Shown here piece by piece: positions 1 to 8,200 of a stretch of DNA of 24,000 bases. Both the position numbers and the translations under genes were made by a program. Below the pieces are notes generated by a model, which was not told the origin of the DNA, ran no database searches, and worked only from the letters and a program-made list of their open reading frames with translations. The DNA is from Desulfatibacillaceae bacterium (GTDB lineage: Bacteria; Desulfobacterota; Desulfobacteria; Desulfobacterales; Desulfatibacillaceae), in the NCBI GenBank assembly GCA_046542385.1, contig JBKHBM010000003.1, positions 59,896-83,895 of the forward strand, written 5' to 3'. The number at the start of each line of letters is the position of its first letter. Positions within the stretch are counted from its first letter, which is position 1.

Positions 1-363
1 GAGGTCGATGATCCAGAGGATGTACAGGCCGCCCAGGGTGCACAGCTGGATCACGCCCACCAGTATGTGGCCGGTATAGAAGCGGTGCAAGCCAAGGGTC
101 CCGCCGAAGACGCACAGAAGCAGTGTGGCCAACCAGCTTTTCGGGGAAACGTCCTCTCCCACCCGTACCCCGCAGGAGGGACAGGCGATGGCCTTCTCAT
201 GGACGGGGGCCTGGCAGTTCCAGCACTCGTTGCCTCCTTCCCATTGCCGCCGGACGGGCGGAGGTTGCCCGCCGGACCGGTCCTCGTGCGGCCTCGGCGC
301 GCCGCACGCCGGGCAGTCGTTCATTTTGGGGGACAGGTGTCTCCCGCAGTACTCGCATCGCAT
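1..363 (-). CDS. TM2 domain membrane protein with N-terminal double zinc-ribbon; C-terminus lies beyond the window start
   Basis: Reverse-strand ATG at 363-361. Translation is MRCEYCGRHLSPKMNDCPACG...CWNCQAPVHEKAIACPSCG (two CxxC...CxxC pairs). This is followed by SWLATLLLCVFGGTLGLHRFYTGHILVGVIQLCTLGGLYILWIIDL, which looks like the G-x-H-R-F-Y TM2 signature. The frame is open to the window edge, so it is absent from the ORF track. Confidence 0.8.
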   Translation of the reverse strand, partial: MRCEYCGRHLSPKMNDCPACGAPRPHEDRSGGQPPPVRRQWEGGNECWNCQAPVHEKAIACPSCGVRVGEDVSPKSWLATLLLCVFGGTLGLHRFYTGHILVGVIQLCTLGGLYILWIIDL

Positions 364-626
364 TCGCGTTTCCTCGGCCGCTTGAGGTTGAATCCGCCGG
401 TGGAACCAAAAGCATGATCACGATCAAACGGGCAATCCGAACGGCGGCCCGGTCAGGACAGGAATTTAGCACCACGCCGAACCCGGTCGCAAGCGTTTTC
501 GTCCGCGTGAACATCGCCTGCCACGGTCGAGGAAATGAGCGCTCGAACCATGGAGGGGCGAACCGCGGCCTCCGCATAACGATTCGCCGGTGGGAAACCG
601 GCATTTTGCAAACCCGCATCTTGCCC

Positions 627-656
627 TTGCATCCGGTTCGGCCGATGCCATATACT
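627..656 (+). promoter_or_regulatory. Candidate sigma70 promoter: TTGCAT, 18 nt spacer, TATACT
   Basis: TTGCAT at 627-632 and TATACT at 651-656, read directly. The next plus-strand gene starts at 912, which implies a ~250 nt leader. Pattern match only. Confidence 0.3.
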
Positions 657-790
657 GTCCCGCATCCATGAACGACCTCGGTTAATGTGGGCGCGGGGAA
701 GAGACCCGCCGGCTGTACATGGGTGCGCCGACCGGGCTCTGACGCGGCATCCGCGCCGCATGAGACCGCCCCGCAAGGGCGAAAAATCCT

Positions 791-807
791 TTCACCCGCC
801 GGGTGAA
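791..807. promoter_or_regulatory. Perfect 8-1-8 palindrome TTCACCCG-C-CGGGTGAA, possible protein-binding site
   Basis: Read directly. The centre is too tight for a hairpin loop, so a dimeric DNA-binding site is more plausible. Lies ~105 nt upstream of the protease start. Confidence 0.25.
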
Positions 808-854
808 ACGAAGAGTTGTTCAAGAATCCGCGGAAAGCCCGATTTATGGGGCTT

Positions 855-870
855 TTGAAAGTTTTTTCAA
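855..870. promoter_or_regulatory. Inverted repeat TTGAAA-GTTT-TTTCAA (loosely CRP/FNR-like) upstream of the protease gene
   Basis: Read directly; 6 bp arms with a 4 bp spacer, followed by TATTTT at 871-876. Resemblance to FNR/CRP-family boxes is loose. Confidence 0.25.
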
Positions 871-911
871 TATTTTCGTCCCGGATTCAGGAGGCTGTTA
901 TACGACAATTC

Positions 912-2981
912 ATGAGGAAGCCCATGCAAAGCCCCCTGCTCCGGCTTGTATTTGCCGGAGTTCTTCTTTTCGCGGCGTTTTTGCCACAGGCCCATGCCAA
1001 GGACACCTCCTCCGGTGTGCTGATCGTGGGCGGCACCGAAGCCGAGGCCGATGCGTGGCCCTTCGCGGCCGCCCTGCTCAACGCGGCCGTGCAGGACAAT
1101 TTCAGCGCCCAGTTCTGCGGCTGCTCCGTGATCGAGGACACGTGGGTGCTCACGGCGGCCCATTGCGTGGACGACGTGCCCTCCCCTTCGGAAATCGAGG
1201 TTCTGGCGGGAACCCACGATCTGACCACCGGACAAGGCGAGCGCATCGACGTAACCCGCATCGTGATTCATCCCGGCTTCGATTCACTCACTCTGGACAA
1301 TGACGTGGCCCTTTTGCAACTGGCCCGACCCGTGCCGTCCGGCGCCACGGCCGTGGACCTGTACCGCACGGCCGGAAGCCTTCCGGAGGAGCTGCTCACC
1401 GTGGTGGGCTGGGGCAGGCTGGAGGAAGGCGGAGTCTTCGCTTCCGTACTCATGGAGTTGGACCTGCCCTGGGTGTCCACCGAGACCTGCCAGACAGCGT
1501 ACCCGGACCGTGCCATCGACGAGGACGTGATATGCGCGGGATACTCGGAAGGCGGGAAGGACGCCTGCCAGGGCGATTCAGGCGGGCCCCTTTTTCTGGC
1601 CGGCCCGGACGGGGTCCGGCAGGTGGGGATCGTGAGCTGGGGCGACGGTTGCGCCGAGGCCGGCAAGTACGGCGTGTACACCCGGATAACCTCCTACCTC
1701 GACTTCATCGACGAAACCATCTCCCGCACCGCCGTCTTCGGCAGGGTGTCCACCTCCTTCGCTGGACACGCCCGGCTTCCCGTGATCGGCGCGCGGGTTT
1801 CCCTTCACGGCACGGACTACACAGCCACCACGGACGCGTCGGGCGAATACGTCATTTCGGATTATCCGGAGCACCTGCCCGCGGGGTCCTACGCCCTGGC
1901 CGTGACCATGACCGGGATGCATCCGTATGCCACGGAGGTGGCGCTTGCCGCGGGCCGGGGCACCCGCGCCGACGCGACCCTGGTCCCGAGGTGGGGCGAC
2001 ATGAACCGGGACGACAGGCTGGGGTTGGAGGATGCCGCGGGCGTCTTGAAAGTCCTCACCGGCAACCCGCTGCTCGTGGTGGAGGACGACCGGGTCCTCG
2101 GCATGGAGAACCAGAGCCTGATCGTGGCGGTGCTGGCAAATGACGTGGCCTACAACAGCCCGCCCCCCGCTCTTGCCGGAGTGGGCCCGCCGGGCCACGG
2201 GCAGGTCGGCGTGAACGCAGACTCCACCGTGAGCTACACTCCTGCGGCCGATTATCACGGGGCCGATGCCTTCTCCTACACGGCCACCTCCGGCGACATG
2301 ACACACTCCGGCAATGTGTACGTCACGCTGGAACCGGACCCTTCCCCGCGCGCGACGGACGATTTCACCACCACCACCAGATGGCAACCCGTGCAGGTGG
2401 ACGTGCTGGCCAATGACTGGCACCCCCTTGGACTGCCACTCGAGGTGAACGGAATCGCCCCTCCCGAGTCGGGCTCACTCTCCAACTCCGGCGGCGGAAT
2501 CCTGGAATACACGCCCAGCCCCCTGTTCACCGGCGTTACCGGCTTCCAGTACTCCATAACGGACGGCACGCACCACGCAATCGGGACCGTGGAGGTCACC
2601 GTCACGGACGGGGATTGCGACGGGGGATACGTCAGCACGGACGGCCCCGTGCCGATTCCGGACACGGATCCCGACACACCCGCGTCCTCGGACATCGTGG
2701 TCACGGACACGGGGCAATCCGTGGGCATTCTGAGGGTGGCGTCGGATATCGACCATCCAGCCACCGGTGAGCTTCACATGCAGCTGGTGTCGCCGGCGGG
2801 CACCGTATTCGTCATGAAGACGGCCGACGGCCTGAACGTGGACCTTGAGACGACCTGTTTCCAGACGCAGGATCTGTCGTCCGAGGCCGCGGACGGCACG
2901 TGGAGCCTCATGGTGACCGACGAGGTCGCGGGCAACACGGGTACGCTGAACGCCTGGCAGTTGGTGTTCTGCGACCACTGA
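912..2981 (+). CDS. Secreted multidomain trypsin-like (S1) serine protease with C-terminal CarboxypepD_reg-like, dockerin/EF-hand-like, two cadherin-like repeats and a proprotein-convertase P-domain
   Basis: Track ORF 816-2981. ATG 912 is preferred over TTG 816 because AGGAGG lies at 889-894 and the signal peptide MRKPMQSPLLRLVFAGVLLFAAFLPQAHA follows. S1 catalytic motifs: IVGG, TAAHC (His codon 1161-1163), DNDVALLQL (Asp 1302-1304), GDSGGP (Ser 1578-1580). C-terminal ...GTWSLMVTDEVAGNTGTLNAWQLVF is P-domain-like. Confidence 0.9.
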   Translation: MRKPMQSPLLRLVFAGVLLFAAFLPQAHAKDTSSGVLIVGGTEAEADAWPFAAALLNAAVQDNFSAQFCGCSVIEDTWVLTAAHCVDDVPSPSEIEVLAGTHDLTTGQGERIDVTRIVIHPGFDSLTLDNDVALLQLARPVPSGATAVDLYRTAGSLPEELLTVVGWGRLEEGGVFASVLMELDLPWVSTETCQTAYPDRAIDEDVICAGYSEGGKDACQGDSGGPLFLAGPDGVRQVGIVSWGDGCAEAGKYGVYTRITSYLDFIDETISRTAVFGRVSTSFAGHARLPVIGARVSLHGTDYTATTDASGEYVISDYPEHLPAGSYALAVTMTGMHPYATEVALAAGRGTRADATLVPRWGDMNRDDRLGLEDAAGVLKVLTGNPLLVVEDDRVLGMENQSLIVAVLANDVAYNSPPPALAGVGPPGHGQVGVNADSTVSYTPAADYHGADAFSYTATSGDMTHSGNVYVTLEPDPSPRATDDFTTTTRWQPVQVDVLANDWHPLGLPLEVNGIAPPESGSLSNSGGGILEYTPSPLFTGVTGFQYSITDGTHHAIGTVEVTVTDGDCDGGYVSTDGPVPIPDTDPDTPASSDIVVTDTGQSVGILRVASDIDHPATGELHMQLVSPAGTVFVMKTADGLNVDLETTCFQTQDLSSEAADGTWSLMVTDEVAGNTGTLNAWQLVFCDH

Positions 2982-3022
2982 GAATGTTGAACACCGGGAC
3001 GACGAAATCCCGATGCACAGAC

Positions 3023-3041
3023 AGGCGGCGCCTCGCCTTTT
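3023..3041 (+). terminator. Weak candidate intrinsic terminator after the protease gene
   Basis: AGGCG-gcgcct-CGCCT stem-loop followed by TTT. The stem is short, so support is weak. Confidence 0.25.
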
Positions 3042-3077
3042 CAGGCAGCCTGGAACCGGCAACCAGAAAGGGAAGAC

Positions 3078-4856
3078 ATGTCAGCCAAGAAAAACGTGGA
3101 CGTTTCCTTCATGCGACTGTCCGGCCCGTCCAGGGAGGCATTGCGCAAACCCGGTGGACGATACTGGCTGGTGGTGGAAAAGACGGAGTCCCCGGAGCAT
3201 ACGCCGATAGGCGCGGGGCTTGCCCTGTCCCGTCCCCGCGGGGAGATGGCGTGCGATCCCGCGGTGTCGCCGGCCAGGGTCCGCCTGCCCGTCCCCCTTC
3301 CCCCGGCTCCGCCCGGCCTGGGCTGGGGCCTGGTTGTCCTGGGACTTCTGGCCGCCTGCGCGGGGCTTCTGGTGGGGGGCGACTTCCGGGGAGTGTGGCC
3401 GGGCTGGCACATTGACACGTTTGGCGACCTGGGGGCGCAGATCGGCGCGGCCCTGGCCGCCTGCTGGCTGGCCATGCTGTGGGAAGGCGTGCTGATCCGC
3501 GGCGACGTGTCGGGCAGGGGCGTCTTCGGCGTCGGAACCGCCGGCTTTGCCACGGAACCCGTTTCCTGGAGGCTGGGCGTTTCCGCGGAGGCCGCGGCCC
3601 GGGCCGTACTCGCTCCGCTGGCCTGGGCCATGGCCTGCTGGAACTGGCTGCCCAGGGGACCGGGCGTGCTTTCCGGCGTGGCCGCTGGTCTTCTCATCTA
3701 TCTGGTGGTCGCCCTGTTCCCCTTGAAGCCCGGCCCGGGTACCCGTCTGGTGGAGAGGGCCACCGGGGCCGAGGATTTGTCCGAAGCCCTCGCCTGGACC
3801 GTTGCCGCGCGTTTTCTGCCGGCCAGGCAGTCCGTGAAGGTCGAAAGCGGAGCCCGCATGGCATTGGCCGCGGTCTTCCTCGCGGTCTGGGCCACGGCCG
3901 CGGGCTGGATCGTCTACCTCCTCGCCGGACTGCCTGAACAAGGGGCAAGCCTTCCCGCCCACGCCTTCAGCTCGCTGGTTTCCCTGGCCGGCCTGGCGTT
4001 CGTGGCCTGGCTGCTGTACCGGCTCGTCCTCCTGTACCGGACGGCGCTGCATCTTGGCGGCACCGGCAGGATCGAGGAAATCACCCCCGAGGAGAAGGTG
4101 GTTCGCGAGTTCCGGCGTTGCGCACCGTTCCTGCGGCATCTTCCCTCCCTGCTGAACCTGGACTGGAAGTGGTGCGTGGCGCCCGCCGGAACACTGCTTA
4201 TCAACGCGGGCTCCAGGGACCGCACCTTTTACTGGGTGCATTCAGGCTCGGTCCGCGTACTGGGCCGGTCACCCGAAGGCGGCGTCGTGCCCCTGGCGTC
4301 CCTGAATTCCTGCTCCGGCGTCGGTGAGATCGCGCTTTTGGACGACGTGCCCAGGACGGCCGACGTGCTGGTCACCGAAACGTCCCTTCTGGCCTCCACC
4401 GACCACGAGGAGTTTTCCAGGCACACGGACGACGATTCCAGGAGGCGGTTTCGCGAACTGGTGCTGGCCGGGCAGGCCCTTGGCCGGGCAAAGGTGTTTG
4501 CCGGCATCCCTCCGGGCGACTGCGCCCGGTGGCTGGCCAACGGCGAACCCGGGCATTTCCGTGCGGGGGACACCATCGTCGAGCAGGGCCGGCGGGAGTT
4601 CTGGGTGGGACTCGTGGTCGGCGGCGAGGCCGCGGTGTCCCGGGATGGCAAGGAAATAGGCCGCCTGGGGGCCGGGGACGTGTTCGGGGAGATGGCGTTT
4701 CTGTCCGACAGGCCCCGCGCCGCCACCATTACCGCGCGGGAGGACGTGCTGGTCTGGAAATGGGAGCCCCGATGGATGTCCGTGGAGGTGGACCGCATCG
4801 GCATCGGCCCCGCACTGCGGAAACTGTACGAGACGAGGAGGGCGGCCCATGCTTAA
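3078..4856 (+). CDS. Polytopic membrane protein with two C-terminal cyclic-nucleotide-binding (cNMP) domains
   Basis: ATG 3078 preceded by AAGGGAAG. The N-terminal half has several hydrophobic helices (GLVVLGLLAACAGLLVGG, LLIYLVVALFPL, MALAAVFLAVWATAAGWIVYLLAGL, LVSLAGLAFVAWLLYRLVLLY). Two cNMP signatures: GVGEIALLDDVPRTADVLV and FGEMAFLSDRPRAATITA. Confidence 0.8.
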   Translation: MSAKKNVDVSFMRLSGPSREALRKPGGRYWLVVEKTESPEHTPIGAGLALSRPRGEMACDPAVSPARVRLPVPLPPAPPGLGWGLVVLGLLAACAGLLVGGDFRGVWPGWHIDTFGDLGAQIGAALAACWLAMLWEGVLIRGDVSGRGVFGVGTAGFATEPVSWRLGVSAEAAARAVLAPLAWAMACWNWLPRGPGVLSGVAAGLLIYLVVALFPLKPGPGTRLVERATGAEDLSEALAWTVAARFLPARQSVKVESGARMALAAVFLAVWATAAGWIVYLLAGLPEQGASLPAHAFSSLVSLAGLAFVAWLLYRLVLLYRTALHLGGTGRIEEITPEEKVVREFRRCAPFLRHLPSLLNLDWKWCVAPAGTLLINAGSRDRTFYWVHSGSVRVLGRSPEGGVVPLASLNSCSGVGEIALLDDVPRTADVLVTETSLLASTDHEEFSRHTDDDSRRRFRELVLAGQALGRAKVFAGIPPGDCARWLANGEPGHFRAGDTIVEQGRREFWVGLVVGGEAAVSRDGKEIGRLGAGDVFGEMAFLSDRPRAATITAREDVLVWKWEPRWMSVEVDRIGIGPALRKLYETRRAAHA

Positions 4857-5220
4857 ACTGGAACGAATCGTGGTGTTGATCATCCTGGTTGGAATTCTGT
4901 ACCACTACAGCGAAACGGTGCAGCGGCAGGTGGACACCCTGAGCGCGGCAGTGCCCCTGGTGCAGACATACGTGGAGATGACGCGCTACACCGGTGCCCT
5001 GGAATCCTACGTGGCCAAGAACAGCCACATGCCCCACGACCTCACCGAATGGCTTCGTGGTACGTTCTCATCCATGACCGGGAAGGACCCGGCCGCCGAC
5101 TTCTTCGGCACGCTGTACATGCCCGACCGCGGCGAGGGCATACACTGGCTGCGCTCGTGCGGGCGGGACACGTCGTGTCGGACCGAGGACGACCTGGTAA
5201 TGGCCATTTCGGTGGATTGA
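4849..5220 (+). CDS. Small membrane-anchored protein, GspG/pseudopilin-like but without a prepilin leader
   Basis: The ATG overlaps the upstream stop (ATGCTTAA, 4849-4856). Codon usage looks coding. The N-terminus MLKLERIVVLIILVGILY resembles a mature pilin N-terminus with Glu at +5. The C-terminal KDPAADFFGTLYMP...LRSCGRD....TEDDL resembles the DPWG..Y...S.G.DG..GT.DDI pattern of T2SS G-type pseudopilins. Similarity judged by eye. Confidence 0.6.
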   Translation: MLKLERIVVLIILVGILYHYSETVQRQVDTLSAAVPLVQTYVEMTRYTGALESYVAKNSHMPHDLTEWLRGTFSSMTGKDPAADFFGTLYMPDRGEGIHWLRSCGRDTSCRTEDDLVMAISVD

Positions 5221-5255
5221 ACCGGAGGACGACGGCTCGAGGGCGGCTCCGGACG

Positions 5256-8200
5256 TCACCCCCGCCAGGATCCGCGGCCCGCGTACTCCACGTAGGGGAC
5301 CACGACCTCGTTCTTGTCTCCGGTCGCTCCGTCGTACGTCACGGAGACGACCGGGACTCCCGTGTTTTTCGCGATCCGCCGGGACATGGCCTCGGTGACC
5401 AGCGAGGGGCAGCAGAAGGCGGGGCTCACCTGGACGAACAGCCTGAGCCCCGGGTGTTCCTCCGCAAGGGTGTGGGCCTTGAGCAGGTTGTCCAGGGACT
5501 CGCCGCTGTGTTCCACACGTACGCCGTACTGTTCCAGCACCTTGTCCGGATCGGGTCGCCCGTGCTTTTTCCGGGCTCCCAACACCGGGTCGGCCTGCTT
5601 CCTCACCAATGGCTCGTACGCGCTGGCCGCCGTCAGAAACGCGGCATTGGCGGCCCATACGCCGAATCGGCCTTCCCGGAGCCACCTTCGAAAATAGGGG
5701 CCCGCGATGATCTTCACGTAATCGGTGTAGGAAACCGGGATGGCCTCGCCACCGGCCTGCTCGATTCTGCGCACGAGATCCTGGTTCATTACCTCGTTGT
5801 CCCGCACGTAGAGGTCGCCGAATATCCCGACCAGGGGCCTTGGCTCGTGGTCCACCGCGATGTCGGCAAACGCGGCCGCCACCTCCCCCATGGCCTGTTT
5901 GGCACCTCCTCCGTTGGACAGGGCGCCGGCCAGCCTTTCCAGCGCCCACTCCGCCACAGAATCGGCATCTCCCGCATGGACCTCGTGGGGCCTTGTCCTG
6001 CAGACCATGCGCCTGAGCAGCCCGCCCGTGAGAAAGGCTGTGTAGATCCGCAAAGGCAGCTTCGGCGAGGCCTGGCGAAAGGAGAGATCACCCGTGTAGA
6101 TGCCCGTTTCCTCCAGCCCTCCCCCTTTCGCGCACAAAAGCGTCCGGATGTGGTGAGGGAACATGTCCAGGTTGCAGGCAAGCCTGGAACCCGCCGTCCA
6201 CACCGCGGTTTTGGACGGAGAAAGGCCATGCTCGCGGATGGTGTGTGCCGCCTCCTCGGCTATGATGTTCAAAGGTATGCACTGGCCCGTGTTGTGGCGC
6301 ATGGCCCGCCGTATGATGTCAGGGCTTTCGGTCAGCGGAATCGCATCAACGCCGGCGCTGGACAGGGCGGCGGCCACCAGGGGCATGACAACCGGATCCC
6401 AGTTGGGCATCAGCAGAGTTTTTCCTGAAAGGTCCTCCACCCGTTCCGGCACCAGGGTATGGGGCACCCGGCGGAAAACCGCCTTCTCCCGTTCAAGGTG
6501 GTTGGTGAATGCACGGACAGCGGCTTCGACCCGGGTTTCATAACCCACATTGGAATCGTGTTCGTCCAGCTGCAACACGAGATACGGTTTGCCGTATGCG
6601 TCCAGCAGCTCACGAACGTAGTCCTGGACGAAGCTGTCCGGCGAGCACTTGAAGGAGGTGACCAGAACGGGGTACAGCCCCGGGGTCCGTGCCGCCGCCA
6701 GGGCGGTTTTGAGCACCCGGGAGGCGTAGTGCCAGGGAATTTCCCTGAGCAGGGGATCGAGTTCCCGGGTGTCCTCGGGTTCGGGGACCATGTCCATGGA
6801 AAAACACGGGACTCCCTTGGCCCCGAAAAGGTCGGGCACGCCCTGCCCCATGGACCGGGAGAGGGTGGTGTAGGGCCTTCCCAGAAGCACGGCGTTGACC
6901 CTGTCCGGCGAAAAGTTGTCCTCGAATTCGCGCAGCCAGAGGTCCCGCCGTTTCTCCAGCCACTGTCCGGCCGCGTCCCAGGCCCTGGAAACCCCAACCG
7001 GTGTGGGAGGATGTTCGCAGATCTCCTGCAACATGCGGAACAGTTCGTATCGGGGACGCCAGTCTCGGTAGGTGGCGTGGACGAGCGGCGTGAGGATGCG
7101 TCCTGGTTCGCCCAGCCCTGCTCCCAGGGACGCGGCGAACTGGGTGTAGTAGCAGTACTGGCGCCTGGCCCCGTCCATCTCGCTTTCCCGCTCCAGGTAG
7201 TGAGGCAGAAAAACATGGTCCGAGCGATCCAGCAGATGGCGTATGTGGCCGTGCAGCGCGGACATGGGCGCGCAGAACTCGGCTCCGGACCACCGCCGCC
7301 CCTCGGCCGCGGCCCCTGGCAGCTCGCCGCTGTCCACGGTGGCGATGCCCAAACGGTTGAAGAACTCGTGCCAGAACCCGGTTTCCTCGAACAGGTATAG
7401 TGCCTTCGGAATGCCTATGACCGGGCCGTTCTGCGGTCTCGATGCCTTGTGGGCGAAGGCCTTTTTGTGTTCGCGCAACAGATCGAAGCCGGACGTGTTG
7501 GCGTCGACCCGTTTGTTGGTGGCATAGTCCCTGCCGCAGAGAAAGCCGTACCCCACCTGTTCGCCGGCGACGGTGGCCACGGAAATTTTGCAATGGTTCG
7601 TGCACAGGTTGCACACCTCGTGCTCCACCGGCACGGGCTCGGCAAAGGCGTCAAACCCCCGGAACCCGGTTTCCCGGCGGTTTTCGTCCGCCATGAGCAG
7701 ACAGCCGCCGTAAGCCCCGGCCAAATGGCAGTACCTGGAGACATGGACGGGCCTGTCCAGGCGCGAGGCAAAGGCGGCAACCAAGGCCCGGTTTTTCGCC
7801 GTGGCCCCCTGAAAACAGATTGTGCCGCCGATACGGCGCTCCACGGCCACCTTGGCCAGGTAGTTTTCGCATACCGAATGCAGGGTGGAGCAAAGCAGTT
7901 CACCGGTGGCGTATCCCTCGCGCAGGTGGTGGTTGATGTCCCGCTCCATGAACACGGTGCACCGGTCGCTGGCCAGGGGCGCCCTGTGGCCTTCAGCCAG
8001 GTCGGACATCTTTTCCAGCGGCACGGCCAGGCGTCTGGCCTGTTCCTCCACGAAGCTGCCCGTACCCGCCGCGCACACCGAATTCATGGCGGAGAAGGTG
8101 ACGGAGCCGCCGGCGAGCGTGGTGAACTTGGCGTCCTGTCCGCCGATTTCGAGGATGGTGTCCACCCCGGGCACGTGCTCCACGGCCGCCCGGGCATGAG

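Noticed and set aside
123-823. ORFs 123-671 (+), 197-823 (-) and 453-776 (-) in the region between the TM2 gene and the protease
   Set aside because: Their composition is non-coding-like (Arg/Pro/Gly runs), they lack an RBS, and they overlap each other. The left part, 1-363, is explained by the edge-truncated TM2/zinc-ribbon gene on the minus strand.
816-911. TTG start at 816 for the protease, as in the ORF track
   Set aside because: The first 32 codons precede the obvious signal peptide and have no SD. ATG 912 follows AGGAGG (889-894) and begins MRKPMQSPLLRLVFAGVLLFAAF...AHA.
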